Origin: Candidatus Latescibacterota bacterium
GTDB lineage: Bacteria; Latescibacterota; UBA2968; UBA8231
Direction of reading: 5' to 3'
Length of the DNA: 64,000 nt
Assembly: GCA_965200315.1 (NCBI GenBank)
Contig: OZ241362.1
Coordinates: forward strand, 3,040,001-3,104,000
Position 1 is the stretch's first letter. Each line of letters opens with the position of its first letter. This document shows, one piece after another, positions 20,943 to 30,763 of the stretch. Position numbers and translations under genes: made by a program. The notes beneath the pieces are model-generated. The model made no database searches, was not told the DNA's origin, and was given only the letters and a program-made list of their open reading frames with translations.

Positions 20943-21340
20943 TGGCGGATCGTACCTTACATGAGAGGCTGCATTCGGAGCTTGCCACAACCGAGTTGAA
21001 GGCGGTACTGGCTGAAAATCCAAGGCTGTCAAGCCTCGTGGAGAATAGTATGCGCCGGGCGCGGGAGTTGGTTGAGCAAAGACGAGTGCTAGAGGCGCAG
21101 GTCTGGCTAGCGGGAATTACTGCGATCGTCGAACGCCGTCGCCGCGAGCGCGTTGCCGCCAAACAGCGTCAAGAAGAACGCATTGCAACTCTAGTGGAGA
21201 TCCTCGGTAGCGATCCGCCGGCCAAAGGTCTCGGTGGATTACTCTCCCATGCGGCAACTCTTCAGCCCGACACTACCAGAAAACTCCTCGATGTGGTCGA
21301 AAATGCGCTGACGTGCGCTGAGCCGAGGACGGCCCCCTAG
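20942..21340 (+). CDS. Small hypothetical helical protein
   Basis: TAATG overlap with upstream stop; last gene of the operon. Confidence 0.65.
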   Translation: MADRTLHERLHSELATTELKAVLAENPRLSSLVENSMRRARELVEQRRVLEAQVWLAGITAIVERRRRERVAAKQRQEERIATLVEILGSDPPAKGLGGLLSHAATLQPDTTRKLLDVVENALTCAEPRTAP

Positions 21341-21356
21341 ACGACGGACGCGCTGA

Positions 21357-21422
21357 GCGGCCCCGCAGCTACCCTTCAAAAGCAAGTACCCGCAGCGGAA
21401 TGGCGTCGGTTTCGGCGGCCGG
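21357..21422. repeat. Right copy of 66-bp direct repeat (3' end of intact cyclase gene)
   Basis: Identical to 10803-10868. Confidence 0.95.
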
Positions 21423-22031
21423 CAGCGGCTGGGCGAAAAGGTAAACGCGAGGTTGTCGCAGAGAGGCCAAGCGGTCCAAGCTCTCGATTAGGGGGATGCC
21501 GTGCGCGAAGAGCAGGTGGTGGTTGGGCAGGCTGCGGTCACCCGGAATATCTAGACCGGGGGTGTCGATGCCGAGCAGTTTAACGCCAGCTTCGACGAGC
21601 CAGCGCAGGGCTGCGGTCGTGGGGTAAGGCGGATAAGAACCAGCGGTAGCCCGTTGATCCCAATCAAAGCGAAAGAGGGCGATGTCTCCCGGGCGGACGC
21701 CTCCGCTTGGGGCGGCCCGTTGGAATTGTTCCGGCGAGAGCGGCTCGCCCAGCGGCGCATCGCTAAAGTCGAAGACAATGGCCTCGCCAAAAAAGCGCTC
21801 GACATCGAGATCGGCGATGGCCGGGCCGTCTTGGACGGCGTGTAAAGGCCCTTCGACATGAGTGCCGGCGTGACCGCCCATTTCGATGTTGGTGGTGATA
21901 TACCAGCGGTCGGTCGGCGGATCATCGACGGGTACGCGCACCGTGCGGTAGTGGATGAGGCGGCCTTCCGACGGCGCAATAGTCCGCGAAAGGTCTACCA
22001 TGCGGCTGTAGGCGAAGGAAGGAACCTTCAC
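21369..22031 (-). CDS. Cyclase family (kynurenine formamidase-like) metallohydrolase
   Basis: VDLSRTI, HAGTHVEGPLH, LGIDTPG, HHLLF...IESL. Confidence 0.9.
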   Translation of the reverse strand: MKVPSFAYSRMVDLSRTIAPSEGRLIHYRTVRVPVDDPPTDRWYITTNIEMGGHAGTHVEGPLHAVQDGPAIADLDVERFFGEAIVFDFSDAPLGEPLSPEQFQRAAPSGGVRPGDIALFRFDWDQRATAGSYPPYPTTAALRWLVEAGVKLLGIDTPGLDIPGDRSLPNHHLLFAHGIPLIESLDRLASLRQPRVYLFAQPLPAAETDAIPLRVLAFEG

Positions 22032-22807
22032 GCGATGACCTTTTTGAGGGCGATAGCGGTCTCGCCGTCGTCGGTGTATGCTGGCAGTGCGCCGCTCAAG
22101 GTTACGCGGCCATCGTAGCCGGATGCGCGTAAGGTGTGTAGAAAGAGCGCGTGGTCGGCCGGCGTGGTTTGCGGTCGGCCGCGCCCCGGCTCGGCGATGT
22201 GGGCGTGAATAAGGTGCGGCCCGGCTTGTTTGAGCGCGTCGAAGGACTCGCCGTTGAGCTTCATGTGAAAGAAGTCGGCCATTAGCTTGGCATGAGAACG
22301 GTCAACTTCCTGTATAAACTCGGTCGCTTCAGAAACGGTATTGAGCAGATTGGCGTCGTCGCGGTTGTAAGGTTCAAGCGCCACCTTGACGCCCCGCGGC
22401 TCGCCGAGGTCGGCGCACAGGTGCAAGAAGTCGGCGACTTGTTGGCGAGCTATGTTGCGGTCGAAACCGTCGGGCACCCAGCGCGAGCCGCCGCTGCCGT
22501 AGCCGATGACCTCAACGCCGGCCCGCTGCATCCGGTCGAAGACCTGCGTCACAAAAGTACGCAGCCGTTCCAAGCTCACGTCGGGGCCGACGACCATTAG
22601 CCCGCGCCTCTGCGGATCGCCAATAAAACCGCACATCGTCTTCATCTGGAGCGGGTGCTTTTCCAAAAGTGCCAAGAATTCGCGCTCGGCCTGTGGGGCG
22701 TCAGCATCGATGCCGAGCAGACCGGGGAAGCCTTCGAGATAGTCGAAATCCCAATCGGCAGACTCTTCAAGCTCCCGAAGATTGGTAACTAAGAGGCCGA
22801 TCTGCAT
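22028..22807 (-). CDS. Sugar phosphate isomerase/epimerase (TIM barrel)
   Basis: VALEPYN, ADFFHM, HAHIAE. Confidence 0.85.
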   Translation of the reverse strand: MQIGLLVTNLRELEESADWDFDYLEGFPGLLGIDADAPQAEREFLALLEKHPLQMKTMCGFIGDPQRRGLMVVGPDVSLERLRTFVTQVFDRMQRAGVEVIGYGSGGSRWVPDGFDRNIARQQVADFLHLCADLGEPRGVKVALEPYNRDDANLLNTVSEATEFIQEVDRSHAKLMADFFHMKLNGESFDALKQAGPHLIHAHIAEPGRGRPQTTPADHALFLHTLRASGYDGRVTLSGALPAYTDDGETAIALKKVIA

Positions 22808-22809
22808 GA

Positions 22810-23898
22810 CTATTTGCTCCGGATCCAGCTCATGCCCTCGCCGCGCACCAAAAAGGAGCGCTCGTCCCAATGGCCGGGCCGGGTGACGGGTATACGCCCC
22901 TCCTCGACGGCCACGTCGAGCGGGTTGTCGCGGGTTTGCAGCGGCAGAGCCACGCGCTCGTGCAGCCTAGCCGACTCATAGACGCCCATCATGATCTCGG
23001 TGGCGGCCTTGCCGTGCTCGGCCTTGCCGTAGTAGTCCTCGAAGTCGCCCTCGATCCAGCGGCAAATCCCGTAGGCCTGATCGACAAAGGCGTTGCCGTA
23101 GCCGCTGGCCTTGTCGGTGGGTTCAAAGTCTTGCCAGCCGCCGGAGGTAGCCGTCATGTAGCGCAGGCTGTTGTCGCTGACAACCATCATGCCGTCTTCG
23201 CCGTAAATGGTGGCACCCACCTGATATATATCGTTCATCTCGTTTTCGATCACGCCCTCGACCCCATTGGGATAGCCGATGATCCCCACACAGCGGTCTT
23301 CGACCCGGTGGCCGAAGACGAAGTGGTCGGTGTGGCGCTCGACCGAGCCCATGACCCACTCGGCCTGTGGATCGCCGAGGGCGTAGAGCTGGAAGTCGAT
23401 GCAGTGAGTGCCAGTGTTCATCATCCCGGCCTTGACCGCCGACCACAACCGCTGCGGCTTGCCGATGGCTCCGTCGGCGATCATCCGCCGTGCCTCGCGC
23501 CAACAAGAGTAAAAACGGCGTTGGTGGCCGATGGCGAGCTTGACGTCGTTGCGCTCTGCGGCGATGACCATGGCCTCGGCCTCGCCCAAGGAGACGGCCA
23601 TGGGCTTTTCGCAGAGCACGGCTTTGGGACGCCGAGCGCAGGCGGCGATGGACATTTCCGCATGCTGGGGATCCCAAGAGCAAACGCTGACGATGTCGAG
23701 GTTTTCCATGTTGAGCATTTCTCGGTAGTCGAGGTACTGCTTTTCGACGTGGAAATCCGCGGCGTAGCTGGCCAAGGCTTCGGGGTGGGAGTCGGCACAG
23801 GCGACGATTTCAGTGTGTTCGCACTCGGCCCAGCCGCGGCCGTGCTCGCGGGCAATGCGACCGGAGGCAATGACGCCGACGCGATACTTGGCAGGCAT
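22810..23898 (-). CDS. Gfo/Idh/MocA oxidoreductase
   Basis: VGVIASGRIA, CEKPMA, GHQRRF, THCID. Confidence 0.92.
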   Translation of the reverse strand: MPAKYRVGVIASGRIAREHGRGWAECEHTEIVACADSHPEALASYAADFHVEKQYLDYREMLNMENLDIVSVCSWDPQHAEMSIAACARRPKAVLCEKPMAVSLGEAEAMVIAAERNDVKLAIGHQRRFYSCWREARRMIADGAIGKPQRLWSAVKAGMMNTGTHCIDFQLYALGDPQAEWVMGSVERHTDHFVFGHRVEDRCVGIIGYPNGVEGVIENEMNDIYQVGATIYGEDGMMVVSDNSLRYMTATSGGWQDFEPTDKASGYGNAFVDQAYGICRWIEGDFEDYYGKAEHGKAATEIMMGVYESARLHERVALPLQTRDNPLDVAVEEGRIPVTRPGHWDERSFLVRGEGMSWIRSK

Positions 23899-23900
23899 CG

Positions 23901-24815
23901 CTACTTGGCGTCGCCTAGGTGCATCAGCGGCAGTGGTGCAGGGCTGTCGCCATCGATGAAATAGACCTTGGCGGCCGGATCTTTGGAAATAGCTTCAAGG
24001 GACTTGAGCGCTTGGAGCTTGACGTAGTTGGGATTGCGGCCGATGGCGTCGTTGATCTTGGTAATTTCGTACGCTTGGGCGTCGGCGAGTAGGCGGCGCT
24101 TTTCGGCCTCGGCCTCGGCGGCGTTCTTTTCGGCCTCGGCGGCGGCAACTATCTGTTCCTGCTCGGTGGTGAAGCGCTCCAACTCGGCCTTTTGCTTTTC
24201 GACTTCCTGCTCGCGCTCTTTTTTGGCCTCAATAGCCTTGGTGATAAAGGGCGGCAGGGAGATGTCGCGGATCAACACGGCCTCTACGTCAACCCCTTTG
24301 GGAGCGAGATAATCCTTCAGCCCTTCGAGCAGAGCCGTTTGCAAAGTGGTCTGTGTCTCTTCCAAAAAGAAGTCCTCGGCGCGCTTGATGGTCTTGCCCT
24401 GCTCGCGGATGAGTGAGCGCAGCTTGGGCACGATGTGTACAGAGCGCACGTTTTCAAAACCGCCCGTCTCCTGTAAGATGCGCGGCGTGTCGGCCGATAT
24501 GAGACGGTACTGAACGCTGACGTCGATCTTGGTCTGTAGCTGATCTTGGCTGGGGACACTGGAGGTTTCGGAGTGCGTCTTTTGGCGCACGTCGAAGAGG
24601 GACCATTCGTAGAGGGGGTTGACGGGGATGTGCAGGCCCTCGCCGAAGTGCTTGAACTGGACTTCGCCGAAGAGGGTGGCGACGGCCACATGGCCGGCCG
24701 GGACGCTTTGTAAGAAGCGCGGACTGACGAGGAATAGGACGAAGACAGCGGCGATGATGCCGAGGATGGACTTAGGGAGCTGGATCATGGGGGGCCTCCT
24801 TACGGGCTCGGACAT
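23901..24815 (-). CDS. SPFH/prohibitin family membrane protein
   Basis: N-terminal TM, VPAGHVAV, GEGLH..NP, AIEAK coiled coil. Confidence 0.9.
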   Translation of the reverse strand: MSEPVRRPPMIQLPKSILGIIAAVFVLFLVSPRFLQSVPAGHVAVATLFGEVQFKHFGEGLHIPVNPLYEWSLFDVRQKTHSETSSVPSQDQLQTKIDVSVQYRLISADTPRILQETGGFENVRSVHIVPKLRSLIREQGKTIKRAEDFFLEETQTTLQTALLEGLKDYLAPKGVDVEAVLIRDISLPPFITKAIEAKKEREQEVEKQKAELERFTTEQEQIVAAAEAEKNAAEAEAEKRRLLADAQAYEITKINDAIGRNPNYVKLQALKSLEAISKDPAAKVYFIDGDSPAPLPLMHLGDAK

Positions 24816-24924
24816 TTTTACCTGCCTTTGATGGGGTTGGAGAAATTAATAGCCTAGAAGGTAAATCCTCCACCTGAAAATGTCCATAAAAGCACCCAAG
24901 ACCAAATACTCGGCAGTAGGATGG

Positions 24925-25330
24925 CTAGGTAAAAATGCAAAGCCCCGCCGCGCCGCTCGGTGCGGTGAATGGTGAGATAGCCGGTCTGGAACAAGCGTGC
25001 TTCGGTGGCGATGGCGTCCACATCGAAGGTCGACAACAGATCGCTGCTGCCCACCATGTCATCTAGCGCTAGGGAGCTTACCCGCCGCTCAAACAGGGTT
25101 TCGACTAGGAACGCCGGTGTGCCGGTCTCGAACCAGTAGGCACCGAACTCGCGGTTGCGGAACAGCAGCAGCACGTCGAAGGGGTTGTACACCTTCTCCT
25201 CGCCGAGCGTTTCGGGCCTCGTCGAGCTCTGCCGAGACGCTGAGCTCAACGTCGAAGCCCAGTTGTAGCCGTTGTACTAGGTGCCGATCTCGTCCCGGTT
25301 GAGGCCCGGAAGCTCCGGGGCGAACACGCG
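24925..25330 (-). pseudogene. AAA-ATPase-like (PD-(D/E)XK-associated) gene fragment
   Basis: *YNGYNW..LGEEKVYNPFDVLLLF..YWFETGTP..LFQTGYLTI; internal stop and 51-nt insertion. Confidence 0.8.
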
Positions 25331-25415
25331 TTTACCCAACTTTTTGAAAATGTACACCCCAAATCAGCGCAGAGCATTGACGGAAAAAATGACTAGCTAC
25401 CAAATAACTCACTGA

Positions 25416-25760
25416 TATAGTAATCCTACATCATTCACAAGATGAGCCGCAGATGGCCGCAGCATAGTATTCACGAGACGATCCATATCTCGAATCGTTC
25501 AAAGCATTCCGGGTTGCTATATAGCAAGCCTACATGACTTGCGGAGCTTGCCGGGTTGTGCTCTCATCGAGCTTGGCCCGGCCGGTGCTTGGTGGTTCGT
25601 GCGTCCTTGGGGGGCCGGCCAGCGGCGGCCTACGGGCGAGACGCCCGCGCACCCAGCCATGCGCCGCAGTTTGCTGAGGAAGCCATTGGTAGAAGGTGCT
25701 TCGACGCCGCGGCTCAGCGTTTATCTTGAGCGACGCCGAAAGGCTCAGCATGACAGGCGC
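25416..25760. mobile_element. Tandem MITE-like elements with TATAG(C/T)AA ends and REP-like hairpins
   Basis: 25416-25521 resembles 54380 and 62593; a second element starting at 25520 resembles 35293; junction GCTATATAGC. Confidence 0.65.
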
Positions 25761-26139
25761 ATTATAATGCCGGGCGTAACGTCAGTAACTCAATTCGCTG
25801 TGACTAAAGTGCCTCGTCCGTCCATACCGGCAGCGGTCCTTTACCAGAGAGTTCTTCGTATACAACGGACGCGCCATTCGTAGTCGTTATAGGCATTGAT
25901 TGTATCTCCACCGATGATTTACCCCAGAAAAGTAGCTTGCTGAGGACAATGCGTCAGCAGCCCCCGTTTCCATGAAATTCCGTCGAGATATATTGTATCG
26001 CTAGAACGCATCGCCGGGCAAAAGTACCGTCAATTATGCCGACCCAGCGCATCTTGCTCTGCGGGTTCAAACAATGGAACTGGGTTGACATGATATCCTT
26101 AGAAGTCGTTTCTACATTGAGCAATTCGACCGATGGCCC

Positions 26140-27519
26140 ATGCTCCTGACGATCTCCACAACCCATCAGCCCGCCACGGACTTGGGCTACCTCCTGCACA
26201 AGCACCCAAGCCGCGCCCAAGCCCTCGATCTGCCCTTTGGGACGGCGCACATCTTCTATCCAGACGCCTCGTCTGAGCGATGCACGGCCGCGTTGCTCCT
26301 CGACATAGACTCAACCGCGCTCAAGCGGTGCTCGGCATCCCCGGACTTCGCGCTGGCGTCCTATGTCAACGACCGTCCGTACGCGGCCTCTTCTTTTACT
26401 AGCGTAGCCATTGCCCGAGTGTTTACCTCGGCCTTGAACGGACAGTGCCGAGAACGGGCCGAGCTAGTGGAAAAGGCCCTGCCGCTGCGAGTTGGCATTA
26501 GCGTGCTGCCCTGCCGGGGAGGCGAGGACTTGTTGCGCGATCTCTTTGAGCCGTTGGGGTATGCAGTAGAGGCGAGGGGCTTCTTGCTCGACGAGCATTT
26601 TCCAGAGTGGGGGAACAGCCCCTATTACGAGGTCGAGCTGGAGTGCGTGCGGCCGTTAAAAGAAGTGCTGGCGCATCTGTACGTGTTGATACCGGTGCTC
26701 GACGACGAGAAACACTACTATGTGGGGGAGGAAGAGATCGACAAGCTGATGAGGCGCGGCGGAAAATGGCTGGCAAGCCACCCGCTGCGCGACGTGGTCG
26801 TCGAGCGCTACCTAAAGCACCAGCGAGGTCTGAAGCAGGCCGCACTGTCGCGGCTTTTGGTAGAGGAAGCAGGGGAGGCCAAAAATCAAGCAGGCGAAGA
26901 GGCACTTGAAGCGGAGCTGAGCTTGAACCAACAGCGCTTGGCCGCCGTGTTCGAGGTGCTCAAGACGAGCGGTGCCCGGCGGGTGCTGGACCTCGGCTGT
27001 GGGGAGGGGCGGCTGCTCGCGCTGTTGGCGGCGGAAGTGCAGTTTACCCAAGTGGCGGGAATGGATGTGTCGCCGCAAGCCCTGTCGCGTGCTCGTCGGC
27101 GGTTAGAGAGGTTGCCGCGTGGCGAGCAGGTCGCAGTTTTTCAAGGGTCGCTGGCCTACCGCGACGTCCGGCTGAGCGGATACGACGCCGCGGTGCTGAT
27201 GGAGGTCGTTGAGCATTTGGATCCGCCGCAGCTACGAGCCTGCGAGCAGGCCGTGTTTGAGTTCGCCCGCCCCGCTACGGTGGTGATAACCACCCCCAAC
27301 GCCGAATACAACGCCCATTGGGACGCGCTGCCGGCCGGTGCTTTTCGCCATCCCGACCACCGCTTTGAGTGGCCGCGAGCGGAATTTGGGGCGTGGGCCG
27401 AGGAGGTGGGGACGCGCTATGGATATGCCGTGCGCATCGCGCCCGTCGGTCCAGAGGCCCCCAAGCTAGGGGCGCCGACGCAGATGGCGATTTTCTCTGC
27501 GGAGGGCGCAGGTGGCTGA
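26140..27519 (+). CDS. hen1: 3'-terminal RNA ribose 2'-O-methyltransferase Hen1
   Basis: MLLTISTTHQPATDLGYLLHKHP, YVNDRPY, DLGCGEG, EVVEH, TTPNAEYN, FRHPDHRFEW. Confidence 0.96.
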   Translation: MLLTISTTHQPATDLGYLLHKHPSRAQALDLPFGTAHIFYPDASSERCTAALLLDIDSTALKRCSASPDFALASYVNDRPYAASSFTSVAIARVFTSALNGQCRERAELVEKALPLRVGISVLPCRGGEDLLRDLFEPLGYAVEARGFLLDEHFPEWGNSPYYEVELECVRPLKEVLAHLYVLIPVLDDEKHYYVGEEEIDKLMRRGGKWLASHPLRDVVVERYLKHQRGLKQAALSRLLVEEAGEAKNQAGEEALEAELSLNQQRLAAVFEVLKTSGARRVLDLGCGEGRLLALLAAEVQFTQVAGMDVSPQALSRARRRLERLPRGEQVAVFQGSLAYRDVRLSGYDAAVLMEVVEHLDPPQLRACEQAVFEFARPATVVITTPNAEYNAHWDALPAGAFRHPDHRFEWPRAEFGAWAEEVGTRYGYAVRIAPVGPEAPKLGAPTQMAIFSAEGAGG

Positions 27520-30040
27520 CGAGAAAATTCGCCTCTCGATACCCGACCTCTCGCTGGTAGTGCTAGTCGGCGTCTCTAGCGCGGGCAAATCGACCTTTGC
27601 CCGAGAGCATTTCCTCCCGACCGAAGTGCTGTCCGCCGACTTCTTTCGCGGAGTGGTCGCAGACGACGAAAACAGCCTAGAGGCCACGGACGATGCGTTC
27701 GCCGCTCTGTACTTTGTTGCTGCCCGCCGCTTGGCGCGGGGCCTTTTGACCGTGGTCGATGCGACCAACGTCCAGCCCGAGGCGCGCAAGCCGCTGGTGG
27801 AGCTGGCCAAGCGCTACCATGCCCAGCCGGTGGCCATTGTCTTCGACCTGCCCCGGGCACTCTGCGAGGAGCGTGCAGCCGGGCGCACCGACCGCGACTT
27901 GCCCCCCCACGTAATCCCCCGGCAACACCGCCAGCTACGCCGCGGCCTCAAGGGCCTCAAGCGCGAGGGCTTTCGCCGCTCCTTTGCGCTGCGCTCGCCC
28001 GCGGACGTGGCGCGGGTTGAAGTGGTGCGGGAGAAGCTGTGGCCGGACCGCCGCGAGGAGCGCGGTCCGTTTGACATCATCGGCGATGTACACGGATGTT
28101 GCGCCGAACTCGAAGCCCTGCTCGTCCAGCTAGGGTATCGCATCGCAGGAGAAAAGGTGAAGCTGCCGCCGGGGCGCAAGGCCGTCTTCGTCGGCGACTT
28201 AGTGGACCGCGGCCCCAATGCCCCCGGCGTCCTCGCGCTGGTCATGCGCATGGTGGAGTCGGGCGCGGCCCTGTGCGTACCGGGCAATCACGACGTGCGC
28301 TTGGTCCGAGCCTTGCAGGGCCGGAAGGTCCAACGCACACACGGCTTGGCAGAGACGCTAACCCAACTCGCCGGCGAGACCGCGGAGTTCAACAAAAAAG
28401 TCGAAACCTTCCTCGGTGGCCTAGTCAGCCACTATGTCCTCGACGGGGGTGCGCTGGTGGTAGCACACGCTGGCATGAAGGAGGAGATGGCCGGCCGCGC
28501 CTCCGGGGTTGTGCGGGCGTTTGCCCTGTACGGGGACGTGACGGGCGAGAAAGACGAGTTTGGCTTGCCGGTGCGCCGCGATTGGGCGGCCGAGTATCGG
28601 GGCCGCGCCCGCGTCGTCTATGGCCACACGCCGGTGGCGCAGCCCGAGTGGGTCAACAATGCGATCAACATCGACACTGGCTGCGTGTTTGGCGGTGCGC
28701 TGACGGCACTGCGCTATCCCGAGCTGGAACTCGTATCCGTCCCGGCCAAGGCCCAGTACGCCGATCCGGTCCGCCCCTTGGCGGTGCAACAGGTGCGCGC
28801 CGATGTGCTCGACTTGGCGGATGTGGCCGGGGGGCGGCGCGTGGAGACGCGGTTGATGGGCCGAGTTTTCATTCACGTGCGGAGCGGGCGGCCGCGGCCT
28901 TGGAGGTGATGAGTCGCTTTGCCGTTGATCCCCGGTGGTTGGTCTATCTGCCGCCGACCATGGCCCCGCCCCAAACCAGCACCCGCCCGGACCTGCTCGA
29001 ACACCCGGACGAGGTCTTGGCGTACTATCGCCGCTGCGGTGTGCGCGAGTTGGTCTGCGAGGAAAAGCAGATGGGCTCGCGGGCCGTGCTCATCGTCTGC
29101 CGCAACCCGGAGACAGCGCAGCGGCACTTTGGAATAGAGGACGGCAGCACAGGGATTTGCTACACGCGCACGGGCCGCCGCTTCTTTGCGGATGCAGGTT
29201 TGGAAGCGGGGGTTTTGGATCACGTGCGCCGGGCCTTTGAGCGCAGCGAGCTGTGGAGTGCGCTGGCGACGGAGTGGGCGATACTCGACGCCGAGATCAT
29301 GCCTTGGTCGGCCAAGGCACAGCAGCTACTTGAAGACCAGTACGCCGCGGTGGGTGCGGCCGCGCGGGTGTCGCTGGCAGCGTCCATGGATGCGCTGGAG
29401 CAGGCGGCCGCGCGGGGCGTGGCCGTAGGCGAGCTGTTGAGCCCGTTGCCGCGGCCGGGCCGAATCTGTGGTACGCTACTCAGCAGCTTATCGCCCCTAT
29501 TGCTGGCCGGTGCTCTCGCTCAAGGAGCTCAAGGTGGCTCCCTTTCACCTCTTGGCCACGGAGGGGCAGGTTCACGTCAACCAGACCCACGCTTGGCACT
29601 TGGAGACCTTGGACCAGCTCTGCGCGGCTGGGCCGGAGTTGCTGTGTGCAATAGATCGCCGGCGGGTGGTTTTAGACGATAAACAGGGGTGCGCCGAGCT
29701 GGTCCGGTGGTGGGAGGAGTTGACCGCCAGCGGCGGCGAAGGCTTAGTCGCCAAGCCGTTGGACTTCGTCTGCACAGACGGACGCAGACTCATCCAGCCA
29801 GCACTCAAGTGCCGGGGGCGCGAGTACCTGCGGCTGATCTACGGGCCTGAGTACACAGAGTGCCTAGAGCTTTTGCGCGGCCGCAACCTCAAGGGCAAGC
29901 AGGCGTTGGCTCTGCGGGAGTTCGCGCTGGGGGTGGAGGGCTTGGAGCGGTTTGTCGCCAGACAGCCCTTGCACCGGGTACACGAATGCGTCTTCGGGGT
30001 CTTGGCGTTGGAAAGCGAGCCGGTTGACCCTCGGTTTTAG
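27512..30040 (+). pseudogene. pnkp: Polynucleotide kinase-phosphatase-ligase Pnkp, two frameshifts
   Basis: Kinase GVSSAGKST, phosphoesterase GDVHG/GDLVDRG/GNHD, ligase EEKQMGSR and GEGLVAKP, end ESEPVDPRF; frame breaks near 28877 and 29439. Confidence 0.9.
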
Positions 30041-30114
30041 AAATAGGCTGCTTGCGCTGCCTCCCACTGTCTCGGTATTATCAAACATGTAGTACACCCA
30101 AACGGAGGACAGAC

Positions 30115-30684
30115 ATGATTACCATTACCGAAGCAGCAGAAAAGAAAATTGCCAACCTAGTCGCCGAGAGCAAAAAGCCCGTCAAGGGCCTGCGCATCGG
30201 GGCCCGCCTCGACCCCGCCAAGCAGGTTGACTACAAGCTGGCATTCATGTCCGACCAGCAGGTAGGCGGCGACGATCAGGTCGTCCGCTTTGAGGGTTTT
30301 GACGTGTACATGGATCCCGAAAGTGCCGATCTGTTGGCCGAAGCCAAGGTGGATTACGTCGATGGGCTTATGGGCTCGGGCTTCAAGATCGAGCGTCCGC
30401 GCAAGATGTCCGCACACCTGAGCGGCCCGGTGGCCGAGGCCGTCCACCGCGTCATCGAAACCCAAATCAACCCAGGCGTGGCCTCGCACGGTGGCGTGGT
30501 GACCCTAGTAGATATCAAAGGCAACACGGTCTTCGTGCAGATGGGCGGGGGCTGTCAGGGCTGTGGCCAAGCGGATGTGACGCTCAAACAGGGCATCATT
30601 CGCATGATCAAGGAAGCGGTGCCCGAGGTGGAAGAAGTGGTTGATGCGACGGATCACGCCGCAGGAGAAACCCCTTATTATTAG
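30115..30684 (+). CDS. nfuA: Fe-S biogenesis protein NfuA
   Basis: ITITEAA HesB-like domain plus NifU-C INPGVASHGG...GGCQGC. Confidence 0.9.
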   Translation: MITITEAAEKKIANLVAESKKPVKGLRIGARLDPAKQVDYKLAFMSDQQVGGDDQVVRFEGFDVYMDPESADLLAEAKVDYVDGLMGSGFKIERPRKMSAHLSGPVAEAVHRVIETQINPGVASHGGVVTLVDIKGNTVFVQMGGGCQGCGQADVTLKQGIIRMIKEAVPEVEEVVDATDHAAGETPYY

Positions 30685-30763
30685 TGGCCAGTGATCTGTG
30701 GCCAGCCCCAACCCCACACCGCGGGGGACTGGCCACCGGCCACGAACCACTGCTGGAGGTTAT

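Larger units (their letters stand above)
10803..21422. mobile_element. Genomic island carrying dynamin-like operon
   Basis: Flanked by 66-bp direct repeats, visibly lower GC than the flanks, contains an IS5 remnant; no integrase found. Confidence 0.8.

Noticed and set aside
22870-23964. 364-aa plus-strand ORF
   Set aside because: Antisense shadow of the Gfo/Idh/MocA gene; no motifs.
25770-26100. Possible gene upstream of hen1
   Set aside because: Interrupted frames with no recognisable motif.
28096-29682. 528-aa ORF as an independent gene
   Set aside because: Only about 28877-29440 is meaningful (Pnkp ligase segment); the rest is off-frame read-through.
30684-30760. GTGGCCAG/CTGGCCAC short inverted repeats as an ncRNA
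   Set aside because: Short imperfect intergenic hairpin with no recognisable RNA family features.
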